Shown here piece after piece: positions 63,553-64,000 of a stretch of 64,000 bases of DNA. Both the position numbers and the translations under genes were made by a program. Source of the DNA: Octopus vulgaris. Taxonomy: Eukaryota. The stretch's first letter is position 1. Each line of letters opens with the position of its first letter. The notes under the pieces were generated by a model. It was not told where the DNA came from, did no database searches, and saw only the letters and a list, made by a program, of their open reading frames with translations. The stretch covers positions 20,212,001 through 20,276,000 of the forward strand of contig OX597836.1 in assembly GCA_951406725.2 (NCBI GenBank), in the 5' to 3' direction.

Positions 63553-63894
63553 GATGAAAACTCAGCTTATTTTGCTGGGTATGATGGAAAGTGTCAGCTG
63601 TCCACAGCCAGCAGACTAAGGTGACACTTGTTTAGTGATCATTCTTCAAGAACCCTGTGGAGAATCAGTAGCCAGCCTTAGATGATATGAATATGATATT
63701 GCAGTACCAGTAATGTTATTGTTTTCCTAAAAACTCTTTAACTTTGTTTGCTTTATTCTTTGCAGCCTTTAACACACCATGCCAGTTCCCTAACCGAACA
63801 TGTGGCAATGATTCCCTCACGTGTATTACACCAGACAAGTTGTGTGATGGCATATTCGATTGCGCAGACAAATCAGATGAAGGAGGCGAATGTG
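25233..63894 (+). CDS. LRP1: LRP1/LRP1B-like LDL receptor-related protein, partial (22 coding exons in window; 5' exon(s) and 3' remainder not seen)
   Basis: Hand-spliced exons all have AG/GT ends with matching phases and give an open frame of 3306 nt. Domain order LDLa-EGF-EGF-YWTD-EGF-YWTD-EGF-8xLDLa and motifs ([46 protein letters not shown]) align by eye with remembered vertebrate LRP1. Confidence 0.93.
25459..25654. mobile_element. piggyBac-type MITE (TTAA target)
   Basis: TTAA|CCCTTTAGC...GCTAAAGGA|TTAA; homologous to the 50877 and 56802 copies. Confidence 0.72.
26257..26435. mobile_element. hAT-type MITE
   Basis: TIRs CAGTGCTTTTCAA / TTGAAAACCACTG; 8-bp flanks ATCTAAGA and ATCTTAGA (7/8 match). 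Confidence 0.78.
26524..26753. repeat. Foldback built from an RLE-type non-LTR retrotransposon fragment
   Basis: Imperfect ~105-bp arms; right arm reads [26 protein letters not shown]. Confidence 0.7.
26879..27246 (+). mobile_element. SINE family A
   Basis: Full head to TAAAAGAG tail. Confidence 0.85.
27853..28177. mobile_element. Asymmetric foldback element: ~100-bp imperfect inverted repeat plus ~50-bp tail, next to (TA)n
   Basis: 27853-27955 pairs with 28007-28126 (short insertion in right arm); tail hairpin ATGTCTC-tct-GAGACAT. Confidence 0.72.
28655..29049. repeat. Tandem duplication of a ~195-bp unit
   Basis: GTTGGGAAGTAAT...TTTTTGTCCTTGGG occurs twice head to tail. Confidence 0.85.
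29258..29377 (+). CDS. LRP1: LRP1 exon: EGF-like domain
   Basis: ttctag|TA...GAAG|gtattt, 120 nt; [36 protein letters not shown]. Confidence 0.92.
29605..29834 (-). mobile_element. SINE family B nested inside a family A copy
   Basis: A head at 29525-29600, B copy, then A sequence resumes at ~29835. Confidence 0.78.
30690..31170 (-). mobile_element. Internally deleted RTE-like LINE (APE start joined to ORF C-terminus)
   Basis: [31 protein letters not shown] (APE N-terminus) runs directly into [10 protein letters not shown] (RTE C-terminal GRPK-like block). Confidence 0.55.
31286..31727 (+). mobile_element. SINE family A
   Basis: Full length. Confidence 0.85.
31817..31945 (+). CDS. LRP1: LRP1 exon: calcium-binding EGF domain
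   Basis: ttccag|AC...AATG|gtaggt, 129 nt; [43 protein letters not shown]. Confidence 0.93.
32030..32285 (-). mobile_element. RTE-clade LINE 3' fragment
   Basis: [31 protein letters not shown]...[16 protein letters not shown]...[12 protein letters not shown]. Confidence 0.8.
33050..33268. mobile_element. piggyBac-type MITE, second subfamily
   Basis: TTAA|CCCTTTCGTTACC...GGTAACGAAAGGG|TTAA; relatives at 60406-60585, ~32695 and ~10290. Confidence 0.8.
33387..33544 (+). CDS. LRP1: LRP1 exon: start of YWTD beta-propeller 1
   Basis: tttcag|TT...TGG|gtcagt; [22 protein letters not shown]...[15 protein letters not shown]-like ([16 protein letters not shown]). Confidence 0.9.
33830..33879. repeat. 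Perfect 24-bp-arm palindrome with 2-nt loop
   Basis: TATAAACTTATGCACAACAATATT-CT-AATATTGTTGTGCATAAGTTTATA. Confidence 0.9.
34707..34752 (+). ncRNA. Minimal type-I hammerhead ribozyme motif (Penelope-type)
   Basis: gacac-CTGATGA-a-ggttg(10 nt)caacc-GAA-ACGT-T-gcgtt; intact core, palindromic helix III, one mismatch in helix I. Confidence 0.7.
35149..35563 (-). mobile_element. SINE family A
   Basis: Full length, little diverged. Confidence 0.87.
36299..36594 (+). mobile_element. Family C RTE 3' end
   Basis: Two tandem GTGGCAC(A/G)TAAAAAGCACC units plus (GAT)n tail. Confidence 0.8.
36610..36790 (-). mobile_element. RTE-like LINE C-terminal fragment
   Basis: Minus strand [18 protein letters not shown]...[12 protein letters not shown]. 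Confidence 0.6.
37330..37572 (-). mobile_element. SINE family B
   Basis: Reverse complement of family B. Confidence 0.82.
38019..38118 (+). CDS. LRP1: LRP1 exon: propeller 1
   Basis: tttcag|ATC...AAAG|gtaaat; [33 protein letters not shown]; phases 0 and 1 match neighbours. Confidence 0.85.
38643..38808 (+). CDS. LRP1: LRP1 exon: propeller 1
   Basis: ttctag|GA...AAAGG|gtaagt; [56 protein letters not shown]; absent from the ORF track. Confidence 0.92.
39241..39310 (-). ncRNA. Type-I hammerhead ribozyme-like motif, G8A (probably inactivated)
   Basis: Minus strand: aatgggt-ta-gatgggtg-CTGATAA-aggggt(aaaa)acccct-GAA-atat(ggc)atat-A-cactcatt-acccatt; all three helices pair. Confidence 0.68.
39427..39702. 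mobile_element. Foldback/MITE with ~120-bp imperfect arms
   Basis: CATTAATGACTTGTAGGTACGTG... pairs with ...CACGTACCTACAAATCATTAATG. Confidence 0.75.
39795..40328 (-). mobile_element. RTE LINE fragment: ORF end plus family C tandem-unit 3' UTR
   Basis: [45 protein letters not shown] followed by TGCC(A/G)GTGGCATGTAAAA units. Confidence 0.78.
40792..41011 (+). CDS. LRP1: LRP1 exon: propeller 1
   Basis: ctacag|C...CAG|gtaagt; [21 protein letters not shown]...[42 protein letters not shown]. Confidence 0.93.
45089..45275 (+). CDS. LRP1: LRP1 exon: end of propeller 1
   Basis: cttcag|GTG...AGAG|gtaaat; [15 protein letters not shown]...[14 protein letters not shown]. Confidence 0.92.
45446..45504. 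repeat. 14-bp minisatellite (CCCAGGATTCATAT) x4
   Basis: Direct reading. Confidence 0.9.
46362..46475 (+). CDS. LRP1: LRP1 exon: atypical 4-cysteine EGF-like domain
   Basis: taacag|TA...ACAA|gtaagt, 114 nt, phase 1-1; [38 protein letters not shown]. Confidence 0.87.
46686..46844. mobile_element. piggyBac-type MITE (deleted copy)
   Basis: TTAA|CCCTTTAGCATT...AATGCTAAAGGG|TTAA. Confidence 0.75.
47583..47828 (+). CDS. LRP1: LRP1 exon: start of YWTD propeller 2
   Basis: ctctag|AA...CATG|gtatgt; [20 protein letters not shown]...[24 protein letters not shown]. Confidence 0.92.
47968..48199 (+). mobile_element. SINE family B after (ATT)n
   Basis: Matches family B. Confidence 0.82.
49013..49184 (+). 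CDS. LRP1: LRP1 exon: propeller 2
   Basis: tcttag|GG...GAGG|gtaaca; [29 protein letters not shown]...[12 protein letters not shown]. Confidence 0.92.
49861..50224 (+). mobile_element. Non-autonomous Helitron-like element
   Basis: A|TCTCTCTATATATAA start, GC-rich subterminal hairpin GCACTA...TAGTGC, end CAAG|T (one change from CTAG), no TIR or TSD. Confidence 0.5.
50466..50685 (+). CDS. LRP1: LRP1 exon: propeller 2
   Basis: ttacag|A...GAG|gtttgt; [34 protein letters not shown]...[12 protein letters not shown]. Confidence 0.92.
50877..51093. mobile_element. piggyBac-type MITE
   Basis: TTAA|CCCTTTAG...CTAAAGGG|TTAA. Confidence 0.82.
51843..52044 (+). CDS. LRP1: LRP1 exon: end of propeller 2
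   Basis: cttcag|CGT...CCTG|gtaata; [31 protein letters not shown]. Confidence 0.88.
52241..52635 (+). mobile_element. Family C RTE 3' end with four tandem units
   Basis: Repeated GTGCCGGTGGCACGTAAAAAGCACC units, (GAT)n tail. Confidence 0.8.
53769..53888 (+). CDS. LRP1: LRP1 exon: EGF-like domain
   Basis: ctttag|GC...ACAG|gtaaga; [40 protein letters not shown]. Confidence 0.93.
55138..55367 (+). mobile_element. SINE family B with TSD
   Basis: Matches family B; CATAACAATGTTA..TTGAATTGAT duplicated on both sides. Confidence 0.83.
55430..55585 (+). CDS. LRP1: LRP1 exon: cluster II LDLa repeat 1
   Basis: tttcag|CA...TGTG|gtaagt; [52 protein letters not shown]. Confidence 0.94.
55791..56263. 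mobile_element. ~470-bp element with ~60-bp terminal inverted repeats, inserted in (TA)n
   Basis: ATAAATACAAAATGGGACAAGAACGCAAAACATCCGGACA... pairs with ...TGTCTGGATGTTTTGTGTTCTTGTCCCATTTTGTATTTAT. Confidence 0.75.
56326..56360 (+). ncRNA. Minimal type-I hammerhead ribozyme motif, U4C variant
   Basis: gttt-CCGATGA-a-gagc(tcc)gctc-GAA-ACGT-T-aaac inside a ~180-bp element bounded by (TA)n. Confidence 0.68.
56639..56764 (+). CDS. LRP1: LRP1 exon: cluster II LDLa repeat 2
   Basis: ttttag|GT...AGAT|gtaagt; [39 protein letters not shown]. Confidence 0.93.
56802..57022. mobile_element. piggyBac-type MITE
   Basis: TTAA|CCCTTTAG...CTAAAGGG|TTAA; closely similar to the 50877 copy. Confidence 0.82.
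57436..57555 (+). CDS. LRP1: LRP1 exon: cluster II LDLa repeat 3
   Basis: ctgcag|CT...TGCA|gtaagt; [39 protein letters not shown]. Confidence 0.93.
58367..58473 (+). CDS. LRP1: LRP1 exon: cluster II LDLa repeat 4 (sixth Cys lies in the next exon)
   Basis: ttccag|TT...GAG|gttggt; [35 protein letters not shown]; phase 0 join to MNC. Confidence 0.88.
58679..58960 (+). mobile_element. tRNA-derived SINE family E
   Basis: TAGTGGTTAGAGC A-box, GTTCAAATC B-box, GGACCGGCGTCCCGTCCAGG conserved-domain-like block. Confidence 0.7.
60106..60235 (+). CDS. LRP1: LRP1 exon: cluster II LDLa repeat 5
   Basis: ccccag|ATG...TGCA|gtaagc; [43 protein letters not shown]. Confidence 0.92.
61046..61168 (+). CDS. 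LRP1: LRP1 exon: cluster II LDLa repeat 6
   Basis: ctgcag|AT...GATT|gtaagt; [40 protein letters not shown](C); final Cys codon split T|GT. Confidence 0.92.
61400..61575. repeat. 20-bp minisatellite (CATCATTAACCACTGTCATC-like), about 8 units
   Basis: Direct reading. Confidence 0.9.
61851..61970 (+). CDS. LRP1: LRP1 exon: cluster II LDLa repeat 7
   Basis: taccag|GT...TGCC|gtaagt; [39 protein letters not shown]. Confidence 0.93.
63278..63550. repeat. (ATT)n microsatellite
   Basis: Direct reading. Confidence 0.95.
63766..63894 (+). CDS. LRP1: LRP1 exon: cluster II LDLa repeat 8 (CR10-like)
   Basis: ttgcag|CC...TGTG|gttagt; [42 protein letters not shown]. Confidence 0.93.
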
Positions 63895-63934
63895 GTTAGT
63901 AGATAGAAACTTATGTATGTGCATGTGTTGTAGT

Positions 63935-63966
<32 letters not shown>

Positions 63967-64000
63967 GCAATGCCATGCCGCGTGTGTACCGTTGGCGATT

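Noticed and set aside
63244-63624. Poly-Ile/Tyr/Leu ORFs
   Set aside because: (ATT)n microsatellite.
25233-63894. Alternative identity as LRP2/megalin, LRP4 or vitellogenin receptor
   Set aside because: A short first LDLa cluster, two EGFs, two propellers and then eight LDLa repeats with LRP1-specific motifs fit LRP1/1B; the others begin with larger LDLa clusters.

Overview
AT-rich, microsatellite- and transposon-laden animal DNA. The SINE families look like those of octopus (coleoid cephalopod); this is inferred from repeat recognition, not from a search. One protein-coding gene is present on the + strand: 22 GT-AG exons (25233-63894) that I spliced by hand into an uninterrupted 3306-nt frame (about 1102 codons). 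It encodes the N-terminal part of an LRP1/LRP1B-type giant LDL-receptor-family protein: LDLa, 2 EGF, YWTD propeller, 4-Cys EGF, YWTD propeller, EGF, then 8 LDLa repeats. No start or signal-peptide exon was recognised (probably upstream of the window) and the gene continues past the right edge. The introns hold several tRNA-derived SINE families, RTE and RLE-type LINE fragments, piggyBac/hAT/Tc1-type MITEs, a Helitron-like element and many foldbacks. The most notable non-obvious signal is a set of about 8 type-I hammerhead-ribozyme-like motifs of the Penelope/retrozyme kind, with palindromic helix III and variant cores (G3-C8 swap, very long helix II, junction insertions). A second is two asymmetric foldback elements with unrelated arms but a shared architecture. 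Nearly all supplied ORFs are microsatellite or SINE artefacts.
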